Made by a program: the position numbers and the translations under genes
Assembly (NCBI GenBank): GCA_016937995.1
Contig: JAFGVM010000001.1
Coordinates: forward strand, 1-53,238
DNA from: Candidatus Delongbacteria bacterium
GTDB taxonomy: Bacteria; UBA4055
DNA: 53,238 nucleotides
Direction of reading: 5' to 3'
Shown here: in pieces, positions 7,810 through 17,496 of the stretch
How positions within the stretch are numbered: position 1 is the first letter of the stretch
How the letters are laid out: every line of letters starts with the position of its first letter
Notes under the pieces: generated by a model
The model's input: only the letters and a program-made list of their open reading frames with translations
Databases searched by the model: none
What the model was told of the DNA's origin: nothing

Positions 7810-10800
7810 CTAAAAATCAATAAAATCGAACAGTACTGTCAAATAACTTCTTACCTCATGTCCGTATGTAACATCCTCATTCACAAATTTATCAAGTCCA
7901 TATGCCACTGTATAATCAACTGAAAGAGGGAATCCGTAGAATATGGTACCGAACATCCTTATGTTCAATCCTACACTTTTTTTCAGGTCCTTCATTGAAT
8001 CCTTTATTGCCTCATCTGTCCATCCTGTTCCCGCTCCAAATAGTATTCCTGCATACAGATTTTTAAAATTATATATTCCTAATAGTTTATCTGTTCTTTT
8101 AACAATCGGAAATCTGATCATTGTGGATGCATAAGCTGTTTTAGTTCCACCGAGACTATAGAAAGAATACCCCTGTAATCCTGTCAGACCACCTATGTAA
8201 TTATAATAGAACGAATCTATATTCTCATCATCAAGATAAGAAAATTTCATTTTGAGTGTTAATCCTGATTCCAGAGGAAGCTTAAAATACTCTTTTATAT
8301 CAAGGTCGTACTGATTATAATTGTATTTTCTGTAATCTTCCTGCAAAGTACCGTAATCTGAGTTCAGAGAGAAACCTGTAATAAAATCAGTAATATGCCT
8401 TGAATATGTAAAGGTAACATCTCTTCCATAAGTTCTGTTGATATAGTGGTTGAACCTGAATTTATTGCTGGCAAGATTTAATTTAACATTATAACTCTTC
8501 TCTTTGAAGTAAGTGTACTTCAAAACAAAATCACCGTAATCAGCAGCTGCATCACTCCTTACATAAGTAAAGAATGCTTCCATATCAAGTTCGCCGAGAG
8601 GATATTTGAAAATTTTCGGTTTTAATGTAAAAGGTACCTTTATTCCAAAATCAAGCTCCATGATATCGTAAGTAAAGTCAATATCATTTATCTCATACTC
8701 AGGAATATCAGTTCCATCTTCAAGACTGTCAACATGAACAATTACCCTGTCATTGATAAAAGTATTATCATCTGTTCTGACCATATTGAATGCCATACCG
8801 TATATAGTAGGCAACAGGAATTTGAATTCAGTCATTGCGAACAGGTCGGAATCACCGTTCATCCCTCTGTTGTAACCTCCGAAAAGTGATACTTTGTCAA
8901 GGTAGTCACTTAGGAAGAAATATATTCCGGGTTTAAAATTATTATTATCAAAAGCCAGCCTTGGCACTATCATTATGCTCTGAAAATCATTCATATATCT
9001 TCTTGAATCTTTCAGGTAGTCCAAAGTTGTGATCGAAAGAAAATTATTATCATAAACCTCGTAATCTCTGTATTCACATTTGGATGTTTCGATCGGTTCA
9101 ATATCTTTGATCTCATAGATATTTGTTCTGATACCGTTGTAATTAACATAGACAAGTGTATCCTGCTGCAGTTCAGGATAGAATGCACCACCTCTTACAT
9201 TAGTTACTGTCTCATCAAGTCCCGAGGCAATATCTCTCCTGTATATATTGTAAATACCTGTTCTGTCACTTGCATAGTAGACATACTTTTCATCAGGAGA
9301 ATACACAGGATCTCTGTCATCATATTTTGTGGAGATCAGAGTAGTGACATTACCCAGTGTGTCCACTTCCACAATATCCTTTCCATATTCTATTATCGAT
9401 CTGTCAATAAGTATCTTTGAACCGTCTTTACTCCATTTTGGAAGAAAATACTGAGTACCGTCATCTTTTTTAGTAAGATTCAATGCAACATCTTTCTCAA
9501 TATCATATATGTACAGGTTCCTTGTACCGTCATGGGTTGCCACAAAAGCTATCTTTTTACCATCAGGAGACACTTCAGGGTTCGCTGCTCTCATACCGTG
9601 AGTGATCTGCTCCTCTTCATCTTCTTTGATATCATAATGATAAATGTCCAGATAATTGTTTCCGTAAATGCTGTGTTTATCCGATCTTGAGAAATATATT
9701 GATCTGCTGTCAGGTGTCCATGAGTATGAAGAGAACATCACAGCAGGTATTTTAAATTTAATAGAATCTGTCTTTAGGTCTTTTATGTGCAGATCCCTTT
9801 TGTAAAAAGAGGGCTCTCCGCCTATCTTAGTTGATAAGAAAGCAAGATATTTTCCGTCAGGTGAAAATTTAGGATTGGAATTCACAAATGCAGAATCAGA
9901 GATATCCTTACCCTGAACCAGATTATTTTCCACATTTTTGATCTCCTGTCTGTACTTTTCTCTAAGATCATTTATCCACTCTGAGTAAAGCTCATCACCT
10001 CTTTTACCCGTAACTCTTTTTATAGCCTCCTCGAATGAAAAAGAAAATGCTTTCCCCATCTCCTCGGAGATCTTATAAGGGACATCCTTGCCATATTTTT
10101 CAAAGATATATTTTACGAAAGCAAAACCGGTGTTATAGATACTCTCAGCTTCGTGAGAACTTCTGTTGTAGAAGTCTGTCAACTGGGAATATTTAAGCTC
10201 TTTTCCTTCGAGAATCCTTTCTCTGAGGAGCATGTCTCTGTTAGCATCCCAGAAATCGTAATGTAATGTATCCGGATCCTGATTCTGAGCAACACCTTCA
10301 GCGAACCATGGAGGTATTATATTCATCGGAATATTTGCGGAAGATAATATATTCGGGAACCCTGTCAGCACATCTTCTCTTTTCTCATCTTCGTAACCTG
10401 TCCATTGCAAATACAGTCCGGGAAACATTTTCGATGCTTTCCTTGGAACCTGAAGCTGGATCATATGTGAAAATTCATGAGCGAATAGATTGGTATACCA
10501 GAAATGGTCACCTCTGAGTATCGTATCGAATGCTGGTGCCCAGAGTGAAATTTTATCATTGTAATAGTAAGCACCGCCGTTCGCCATATCATCGTAATCG
10601 TTTATTATCACATGGATCTTGTAGTCGGGATAGAAATTATAAAGTTTTGTTATCGTACCGTAAATACTTTCACCTACAGATGCAAATCTGACCGCGCTTT
10701 TCTCCGTTCCCTGATGATAATGAAATATGAAATGCTCAGTGTCAAAGGTTCGCCATTGCAACTCAGGATGATTGTGCATATCAAGTATCTGCGCACTAAG

Positions 10801-10854
10801 CATAGTAAATACTGATGATATTAGAAGAATGTATGTGTAAATTGTTTTTTTCAT
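7810..10854 (-). CDS. Gluzincin-like metallopeptidase / TolB-like PD40 propeller / Omp85-like barrel hybrid outer-membrane protein
   Basis: Signal peptide; HEFSH plus PWFAEGVA; SPDGK/TPDSR/SKDGS/SPDEK repeats; amphipathic beta-strand C-terminal third with GGLTGLQGY; ends in F. Confidence 0.8.
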   Translation of the reverse strand: MKKTIYTYILLISSVFTMLSAQILDMHNHPELQWRTFDTEHFIFHYHQGTEKSAVRFASVGESIYGTITKLYNFYPDYKIHVIINDYDDMANGGAYYYNDKISLWAPAFDTILRGDHFWYTNLFAHEFSHMIQLQVPRKASKMFPGLYLQWTGYEDEKREDVLTGFPNILSSANIPMNIIPPWFAEGVAQNQDPDTLHYDFWDANRDMLLRERILEGKELKYSQLTDFYNRSSHEAESIYNTGFAFVKYIFEKYGKDVPYKISEEMGKAFSFSFEEAIKRVTGKRGDELYSEWINDLREKYRQEIKNVENNLVQGKDISDSAFVNSNPKFSPDGKYLAFLSTKIGGEPSFYKRDLHIKDLKTDSIKFKIPAVMFSSYSWTPDSRSIYFSRSDKHSIYGNNYLDIYHYDIKEDEEEQITHGMRAANPEVSPDGKKIAFVATHDGTRNLYIYDIEKDVALNLTKKDDGTQYFLPKWSKDGSKILIDRSIIEYGKDIVEVDTLGNVTTLISTKYDDRDPVYSPDEKYVYYASDRTGIYNIYRRDIASGLDETVTNVRGGAFYPELQQDTLVYVNYNGIRTNIYEIKDIEPIETSKCEYRDYEVYDNNFLSITTLDYLKDSRRYMNDFQSIMIVPRLAFDNNNFKPGIYFFLSDYLDKVSLFGGYNRGMNGDSDLFAMTEFKFLLPTIYGMAFNMVRTDDNTFINDRVIVHVDSLEDGTDIPEYEINDIDFTYDIMELDFGIKVPFTLKPKIFKYPLGELDMEAFFTYVRSDAAADYGDFVLKYTYFKEKSYNVKLNLASNKFRFNHYINRTYGRDVTFTYSRHITDFITGFSLNSDYGTLQEDYRKYNYNQYDLDIKEYFKLPLESGLTLKMKFSYLDDENIDSFYYNYIGGLTGLQGYSFYSLGGTKTAYASTMIRFPIVKRTDKLLGIYNFKNLYAGILFGAGTGWTDEAIKDSMKDLKKSVGLNIRMFGTIFYGFPLSVDYTVAYGLDKFVNEDVTYGHEVRSYLTVLFDFIDF

Positions 10855-10870
10855 TTATTTATTTCTATGT

Positions 10871-10972
10871 TGTCATCCCCGTGCTCAGACACGGGGATCT
10901 TTTTTTTTAATAGGCGAATGTTGATTCGCCCCTACTTCATCATTGGATGTTCCGTGTTGAATATTGATATTC
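10871..10972 (-). repeat. Composite intergenic repeat cassette (heptamer-like run, GTAG REP, ATGACA palindrome)
   Basis: Minus strand: AATATTC AACACGG AACATCC AATGATG, then GTAGGGGCGAATCAACATTCGCC (10935-10913), then AGATCCCCGTGTCTGAGCACGGGGATGACA (10900-10871). Confidence 0.8.
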
Positions 10973-10973
10973 A

Positions 10974-13937
10974 TTATTTAATTACCGCAACCTTTACTTT
11001 ATACTTTTCTGTTTTACTTCCAGCTACGAACTCCAACACAGCAGTATAAATCCCTGTTGGTTTACCTGAAACATCCCATTCGATCTCGAAATTATCTCCT
11101 GATTCTGTGAAAGTCTCTGATAATTCTTTAATTTTATTTCCGTTAAGATCATAGATAGTAATGTTTACAGTGCCTGGTTCATTCAGGAAGAACCTGAAAT
11201 GAGTTAAATCCCCTTTTACAGGATTCGGCCAGTTGTAAACGCTTTTTTTGTTCGTAATATTGCTTGTTGTTGATGCATCTTCAGGAGACAGCAGAATAAA
11301 TCCATTCTGCAGCTGTAAATATGAATCAATTGTTCCTTCATTCAATGGGTAAACGTTAAGTGTTCCAAGCTTATCATAAGAGTAAATACATACCTGTCCG
11401 TTTGACTGAAGTAAACCTATGTTGTTAATGTCTGATCCAAGTGTAAAGTTCTCTGTTCTGACATAACCACCATCAAATGAATATGAACCGCAATTCATAG
11501 CATTGTCAACAAAAGTACAGAATTTACCATCGTCAGTTTCGTAAGTGAAAATATTATCTATCTGATCAACTCGTGTATCCAAAGGGAATCCATTTTCCAT
11601 ATATCCATGTTCATTATAGACCTCAATTGTACCTTCATTAGCTATTAGATAGTCAATGTTTCCATCCTCGTCAAGATCATTAAGTGAAGTTGAGCCATTA
11701 AAGTCAAGATATTTTATGGCCTCTTGGAAATTATTCTCTAAAAGATGGAACATATTATACCTAATTATGTTTGTATCCTCAACAATAATAACATCTTCTA
11801 TTGCATCGTAAGATTTTCCAATTATAGAGACCTTGCTATTCCCTGTAATATTATCGTTGTTGTAAGGAATAAATATTCCCAATCCTTGATCAATATAAAG
11901 TAGCCTATCTTTTATTGCAGCTATGAAGTAAGCATCCTTACTTCCATCATAGGTTACTGCAACATCAGTGATATTTTTTATCTCTGTTTCAACATTCCAG
12001 GATAAAACATCTGTCCAAATATGTAATCCTTCTTCTGTTGGTATTACACCCGGTTTTATCTGCCCAGTTACTTTTGATACTGGAGTATTAATAATTACAG
12101 GTGCATTCATATTTATTGTCGTTAAACCAAGTGAATCTGCTTGAACCAGCACCAAATTATCCTTATAATCAACTGGTTCGAATTTTTCAGATAGTGCAAC
12201 TCCAGTGTTATCTGAGAATATCAGCGAATCTTCCTTCTGTATCCTGATCTCTCCGTCATTTCTGTAGAATAAGTGATATAATTCATCATTGTAGTAGAAC
12301 GGCATATAGTTTGAATTTTCTAATCCTGAATTTATCGGATAACCTGATAATTGATTCTCCAGTTCATAAGAAAATCTCATCGATCTGCTTATACCGGAAA
12401 AATTGAATAATCTAATACCTGTATCTGTTCCTTCGTTCGTATCTGAACGTGGATATGATTTATTACTGAATTCAACACTGTTAAGGTCTTTATTTGAATA
12501 TTCAAGCCACATTTCGTTACTGCCAAAAAAGAAATCAAAATACCATCCAAGCTCGGTACCGTAACCAGCATCGAACAACCAGTAATCCTGACCGATATCA
12601 AATGAACCGTCACCTTCTTCCAGATACACACCCCTATTATCATGATCATCATTGACAGCATTGTTCACAATATTTTCCGGTGTAGTTTTTCGTTTATCAA
12701 TATGCCAGACAAGTATCCCGCCTGTTCTTACTGATAATGGATCTCCATCTTCAAGATCAAAACCGTAAGTCAAAGGAAAATCATAATCGTTATCCTGGAT
12801 AGATACCAATGTTTTGAAACCTTCATCGACAATTTCGTATTCTTCTAACCCGTATTTTCTTATAGTAAACCTTATTCTTTTGCCGTCTCTGTCGTATCCG
12901 AATATAGTAGAGTCTGAATTTGTGTAGTGAACAGGTGTTCTGTTCTCGACCAGAAAATATTCATCAGTGTTTATAGGAATTCTGTATATTGTCGAATTTG
13001 AATCCACAGCTATAGAATCACGTGACACTGTCAGATCCTCAATAGTTGTCCATCCCTGCTGTTCTTTTACCCATGCGCATACCGAGGACGGTATCATTCC
13101 TGAGAAATTGGCTGAACCCTGATCCATCAGTCCAAATTTTCCAATACAGCTTTGTCCATTTTCACTACTATAAAGGTTCGGGATTCCTAGATGGTGAGCA
13201 AACATCAAGGTAGAAATACCACCCATTCCTGCATAATACCATTTATCGTTGGATATTTGCCACTCACATTCAGGTAGAATAATACAATTATCAACTTTTA
13301 CATTCTTATCATTGATTGAATCATATAAAACTACCTCTTTTTCGTTTAGATCACTTAAAGAAAAGTATACAGATGGAATATCAAATGGTGTATCATCATA
13401 TCCTGCACTGAATTCCTGACCTGATCCGGCATGAAAAATTACGAATGTATCATAATTACTGAAAGGAATTGAATGATCATTTGATAACTTTCTCCACGAA
13501 TCCTGATAAAATTCATAAAGTTTTTCTTCGAGATTTTCGTCAGTGTAATTCTGATTATAATACCAGATCGGGTGATTAAGTGTAAAAACTGTATCAAGAA
13601 CAGTAATGTTTTTTACGATAGTATCTCCTGACATAGCATAGAAATAATTCTTAACGTAAGTAAGCTGATCAGTAAAATATTCAGCGTTATGTTCTACTGC
13701 ATCAAGTAAAAGAGTATCCGGATATTCATAACCGGAGTTGAAAGTTCCATCCCCTGTAGTATAATCAAGCGTGTCAGTTTCAAATTCAACCATGATCGCA
13801 AGTACGTTCAGGCCGGTTGCTTTCTGAGATGAAATTCCTAAAGCTGATTTCGAAAGATCTATCTTGGTTTTGCTGAAAATAGTCATTGTTGAAATAAGCA
13901 AAGTTATACACAGATATTTTAAAAATTTGTTTATCAT
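10974..13937 (-). CDS. M6/InhA-like domain protein with degenerate zinc motif and T9SS type-A C-terminal domain
   Basis: IFHAG, ILPE, GLMDQG, EYFLVENR, GILVWHID M6 motifs; C-terminal VYNWPNP...IYDLNG...WD...GIY...KVAVIK. Confidence 0.85.
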   Translation of the reverse strand: MINKFLKYLCITLLISTMTIFSKTKIDLSKSALGISSQKATGLNVLAIMVEFETDTLDYTTGDGTFNSGYEYPDTLLLDAVEHNAEYFTDQLTYVKNYFYAMSGDTIVKNITVLDTVFTLNHPIWYYNQNYTDENLEEKLYEFYQDSWRKLSNDHSIPFSNYDTFVIFHAGSGQEFSAGYDDTPFDIPSVYFSLSDLNEKEVVLYDSINDKNVKVDNCIILPECEWQISNDKWYYAGMGGISTLMFAHHLGIPNLYSSENGQSCIGKFGLMDQGSANFSGMIPSSVCAWVKEQQGWTTIEDLTVSRDSIAVDSNSTIYRIPINTDEYFLVENRTPVHYTNSDSTIFGYDRDGKRIRFTIRKYGLEEYEIVDEGFKTLVSIQDNDYDFPLTYGFDLEDGDPLSVRTGGILVWHIDKRKTTPENIVNNAVNDDHDNRGVYLEEGDGSFDIGQDYWLFDAGYGTELGWYFDFFFGSNEMWLEYSNKDLNSVEFSNKSYPRSDTNEGTDTGIRLFNFSGISRSMRFSYELENQLSGYPINSGLENSNYMPFYYNDELYHLFYRNDGEIRIQKEDSLIFSDNTGVALSEKFEPVDYKDNLVLVQADSLGLTTINMNAPVIINTPVSKVTGQIKPGVIPTEEGLHIWTDVLSWNVETEIKNITDVAVTYDGSKDAYFIAAIKDRLLYIDQGLGIFIPYNNDNITGNSKVSIIGKSYDAIEDVIIVEDTNIIRYNMFHLLENNFQEAIKYLDFNGSTSLNDLDEDGNIDYLIANEGTIEVYNEHGYMENGFPLDTRVDQIDNIFTYETDDGKFCTFVDNAMNCGSYSFDGGYVRTENFTLGSDINNIGLLQSNGQVCIYSYDKLGTLNVYPLNEGTIDSYLQLQNGFILLSPEDASTTSNITNKKSVYNWPNPVKGDLTHFRFFLNEPGTVNITIYDLNGNKIKELSETFTESGDNFEIEWDVSGKPTGIYTAVLEFVAGSKTEKYKVKVAVIK

Positions 13938-13953
13938 TAACTAGCCGGATAAA

Positions 13954-15036
13954 TTAAAAACCAATATTAAGAGAAAATCTCATTGTGTCTGTCAGAGGAT
14001 GTCCTTCACCGGCATCCAGGTAAGAAAAATCAAAAATATATGAATCATATCTTAAACTACAACCGTAAGTGGAAGCGCTTATTTCACCCATATCATCATT
14101 CCAGAATCCCAATCTGAGACCTATCATTTTATTGTACCAGTATTCTGCTCCAAGTCCCCAGATAATGTCCTTTACACCATCCTCATCAGTCCATGAAGTA
14201 AAGATAGCTTTGTAAATCGGATCTGTCTGGTTCCATTCATCATCATCCTCAATATCACCGTCACCATTAAGATCTTCACCTTTTTTTACCAGAAGTTTAT
14301 TCATGTCACCTGTAAGAACCAATGAATTATAGTCGTCATAGAACATATAGTATGCAAATCCCAGTTTCATATTCGTAGGTAAAGGATCAGCCTGTTCGTA
14401 GTCTATATAAGATACTTTTGGTCCCATGTTCGATATCGTTAATCCCCAGTCAACATCGTAATCTGTCTGATATAACAATCCAAGGTCCATAGCAACACTG
14501 TGACCTGTACCTGAACCCTTTTCATTTCCGGCACCGTAGTCTGATAAGTGTGAATATATGAATTTTGTATTGATACCTATGTAAAGATCATCTGATATGT
14601 CTGTTCCGTAAGAAAGTGTTGCTGCAGTCTCATAGGTCTTGAAAGTACCGAGTTGAGTTCCTGATTCATCAGTTCTGATCTGCTCACCAAGGTAAAAGTA
14701 AATGATGTGACCTCCGATAGTTCCTAAACCGGGTATCTCCTGTTTGTAAGCTATGAAATCATAGTAAAGATCATCAAAACCGAATCCGGGTAACCAGCTT
14801 GCATGCATCATTGTGACCTCTCTTCCACCCTGACGTCCAAGACCGGCCGGATTCCACCATGATGCTGTGGCATCATCTGCAATAGCTACAAATGAGTCAC
14901 CCATACCAGTAGGCCTTGCTCCCGGAGAAATTGTTAAAAAGATAACTCCAGCCTCTGAAGGTCGGGCAAAAACAGAGGTTGAAATAATTATCATCAATAG
15001 AGAGATAGTTAATTTTAGTATGTTCACGGATTTCAT
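13954..15036 (-). CDS. porV: Type IX secretion system outer-membrane protein PorV (PorV/PorQ family)
   Basis: FLTISPGARPTGMGD...DDATASWWNPAGL; KFIYSHL; DPLPTNMKLG; GAEYWY; HPLTDTMRFSL. Confidence 0.88.
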   Translation of the reverse strand: MKSVNILKLTISLLMIIISTSVFARPSEAGVIFLTISPGARPTGMGDSFVAIADDATASWWNPAGLGRQGGREVTMMHASWLPGFGFDDLYYDFIAYKQEIPGLGTIGGHIIYFYLGEQIRTDESGTQLGTFKTYETAATLSYGTDISDDLYIGINTKFIYSHLSDYGAGNEKGSGTGHSVAMDLGLLYQTDYDVDWGLTISNMGPKVSYIDYEQADPLPTNMKLGFAYYMFYDDYNSLVLTGDMNKLLVKKGEDLNGDGDIEDDDEWNQTDPIYKAIFTSWTDEDGVKDIIWGLGAEYWYNKMIGLRLGFWNDDMGEISASTYGCSLRYDSYIFDFSYLDAGEGHPLTDTMRFSLNIGF

Positions 15037-15120
15037 TTTTGGTCCTGTTATAATTCTAATTTACTATTATCGTATCTTGTTAAACTCATTCATCATAACT
15101 TTGTTCAAAAGCTTAGACAA

Positions 15121-15993
15121 TTATTTTGTTTGAATTTCAACTGCTTTGAGAAGATTGTTTAAAAGAGCTGTATTAGTCAACGGGCTGACTCCACCCGGTA
15201 CCGGTGTTACAGCTGCTACTTTATCATTCACAGAATTAAAATCAACATCACCTGTAAGAATATAATTTCCTTCCTTATCGATTGATTCGTTCATCCCGAC
15301 ATCAACTATGACCTGATCAGGATTTGTAAACTCTTCTGTAATAAAATTCGGTGACCCTATTGCAGCGATCAATATATCCGCTGAACGGCAGATATCTTTC
15401 AGGTTCTTTGTTCTTGAGTGGCAAACTGTTACTGTTGCATTAGCACCTTCAGCTTTCTGGATCAATAGATTTGCTAGCGGTTTACCAACAATATTCGATC
15501 TGCCTACGATAACTACATGCTTTCCTGAAACTTCTATCTGGGAATAATTCAGTATATCCTTGCTTGCCTGAGCTGTGCTTGGAACAAAAGTCTCTTCACC
15601 CAGAACGTTCTTACCTGCATTCACAGGGTGTACCCCGTCAATATCTTTGTCCGGAGAAATTGTGTTCAATATTATTTTTTCATCTATATGTGACCAGAGC
15701 GGAAGCATCATTATCAGTCCATGCACCAAAGGGTCTCTGTTAATATCAACTATTTCCGAAGCAAGTTTTTCAGTATTGATATTTTCTGAAAATCGATAAA
15801 GTTTAAATACTGCACCAACTTTTTCACAGTTCTTCTCGATCATCGCCGTATAAACCTCGACTGCAGGATCGTTACCGGCTATCAATACACCAAGTGTAGG
15901 TATGATACCCTGTGAAATATACTTTTCTATTTTAGCTTTAATTTCTTTCCTGATGACTTTAGCTATCGGGCCGCCTTTCAGCAAAATGGACAT
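15121..15993 (-). CDS. folD: Bifunctional methylenetetrahydrofolate dehydrogenase/cyclohydrolase
   Basis: KDIDGVHP, GRSNIVGKP, ATVTVCHSRT, GDVDF, TPVPGGV. Confidence 0.95.
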   Translation of the reverse strand: MSILLKGGPIAKVIRKEIKAKIEKYISQGIIPTLGVLIAGNDPAVEVYTAMIEKNCEKVGAVFKLYRFSENINTEKLASEIVDINRDPLVHGLIMMLPLWSHIDEKIILNTISPDKDIDGVHPVNAGKNVLGEETFVPSTAQASKDILNYSQIEVSGKHVVIVGRSNIVGKPLANLLIQKAEGANATVTVCHSRTKNLKDICRSADILIAAIGSPNFITEEFTNPDQVIVDVGMNESIDKEGNYILTGDVDFNSVNDKVAAVTPVPGGVSPLTNTALLNNLLKAVEIQTK

Positions 15994-16023
15994 TGTATAC
16001 CTTCTGTTAACTAATTTATCGTT

Positions 16024-16557
16024 CTAGTCAAAAGTAATTGATTTAATCTTTACAGGCTGTAACGGATTATCCATCGGACCTTTTGCAACGTTTTCTATTT
16101 CATGGGCAACTTCCAATCCCTCTATGACCTTTCCGAAGACAGTATGTTTACCGTTCAGCCAGTCACAACCGCTTTTTCTTGTCACTATAAAGAATTGTGA
16201 TCCATTGGTATTTGGTCCGGCATTTGCCATTGCGATCGTACCGTAATCAACTGCTGCTTTCAGTTTGCCCATCTCATCGTGACATTCGTCACCGAACTCG
16301 TAACCGGGTCCACCGGTTCCGGTACCTATAGGACATCCGCCCTGGATCATAAAGTCATCTATAACTCTGTGAAATTTTAATCCATCATAAAATGGTTTCA
16401 TGGTCTTTTGACCGGTCATCGGGTCTTCCCACTCTTTTTCACCCTTAGCCAGTGAAACGAAATTATCAACTGTTTGGGGTGCTATGTCCGGCCATAGTTC
16501 GAGCTTAATATTACCTTTATTGGTGTGCATTGTAACTATGATATTTTCCATTATCAA
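16024..16557 (-). CDS. Cyclophilin-type PPIase, cytoplasmic
   Basis: FHRVIDDFMIQGGCP, MANAGPNTNGSQFFI, WLNGKHTVFG; no signal peptide. Confidence 0.95.
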   Translation of the reverse strand: MIMENIIVTMHTNKGNIKLELWPDIAPQTVDNFVSLAKGEKEWEDPMTGQKTMKPFYDGLKFHRVIDDFMIQGGCPIGTGTGGPGYEFGDECHDEMGKLKAAVDYGTIAMANAGPNTNGSQFFIVTRKSGCDWLNGKHTVFGKVIEGLEVAHEIENVAKGPMDNPLQPVKIKSITFD

Positions 16558-16570
16558 CTCCTTTTAAAAG

Positions 16571-16665
16571 AGGGGACGAATTTTAGGCGTCCCCTTCGGT
16601 TCTTTATTCATAATTCAAGTTACGGACGAGTAGTGTCTGACACTTACCACTTACCACTGTCCACT
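16571..16665 (-). repeat. Composite intergenic repeats (AGTGGNN heptamers, AGTGTCAGACACT palindrome, degenerate REP)
   Basis: Minus strand after the stop: AGTGGAC AGTGGTA AGTGGTA AGTGTCAGACACT ... GAAGGGGACGCCTAAAATTCGTCCCCT. Confidence 0.7.
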
Positions 16666-17472
16666 TTACTTAACTCTTACCTTTGTCATTACTACGTCTT
16701 TAACAGGCTTGTCACCCTTTCCTTTTTCTACAGCTTCAATTTTAAGAGCAACATCCATTCCTTCGATCACTTTTCCGAAAACAGTATGCTTACCGTTCAA
16801 CCATGGTGTTCCATCTTTTTTAGTTACTATGAAAAACTGGGATCCATTAGTTCCAGGTCCTGAATTTGCCATTGCAATAACTCCGTAATCTACGGTTGCT
16901 TTCAATTTGCCTTTCGTAGCAAATTTTCCTTTAAAACCTGTTTTCTCAATATACCATTCGATAGGATGTTCCATCATCGGTTTTCCGCTTCTTGCCTTAT
17001 TACATTCTTCAATTATTTTTGAAATTTCCTTATCTCTCGTAGTCTCATTATTGGACTGTAAATAAGGTATCACCATTTGTTGAAATACATCTCCAGCCAT
17101 TGTTTCATCTGTAATTTTTCCTGACTTTATCTCTTTTCCTTCGTCAAAACATTCATCCTCAAATTTATATCCTGGATTTCCTGTACCTGTACCCAGCGGA
17201 CATCCACCCTGGATCATGAAATCACTTATTACTCTGTGAAAGATCAGTCCATCGTAAAAAGGTTTTTTTACTTTAGCTTTTGAAATTGGATCTGTCCATT
17301 CCTTAGTTCCATTTGCCAGACCGATGAAGTTCGCAACTGTCTTGGGAGCAATATCTGGCCAAAGCTCGATCTTGATTGTGCCCATTGTTGTTTCCATTGT
17401 AACTATTGGATTAGCAGCATAAAGCTGTATTATGCCTGCAACGAATAATAATGCGATCAGTAATTTTTTCAT
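16666..17472 (-). CDS. Cyclophilin-type PPIase, Sec-exported, with ~75-aa insertion
   Basis: Signal peptide ending LYA; cyclophilin motifs; insertion between FEDEC and LKATVDYG. Confidence 0.93.
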   Translation of the reverse strand: MKKLLIALLFVAGIIQLYAANPIVTMETTMGTIKIELWPDIAPKTVANFIGLANGTKEWTDPISKAKVKKPFYDGLIFHRVISDFMIQGGCPLGTGTGNPGYKFEDECFDEGKEIKSGKITDETMAGDVFQQMVIPYLQSNNETTRDKEISKIIEECNKARSGKPMMEHPIEWYIEKTGFKGKFATKGKLKATVDYGVIAMANSGPGTNGSQFFIVTKKDGTPWLNGKHTVFGKVIEGMDVALKIEAVEKGKGDKPVKDVVMTKVRVK

Positions 17473-17496
17473 TTCATATCCCTTTAAATTATTTTA

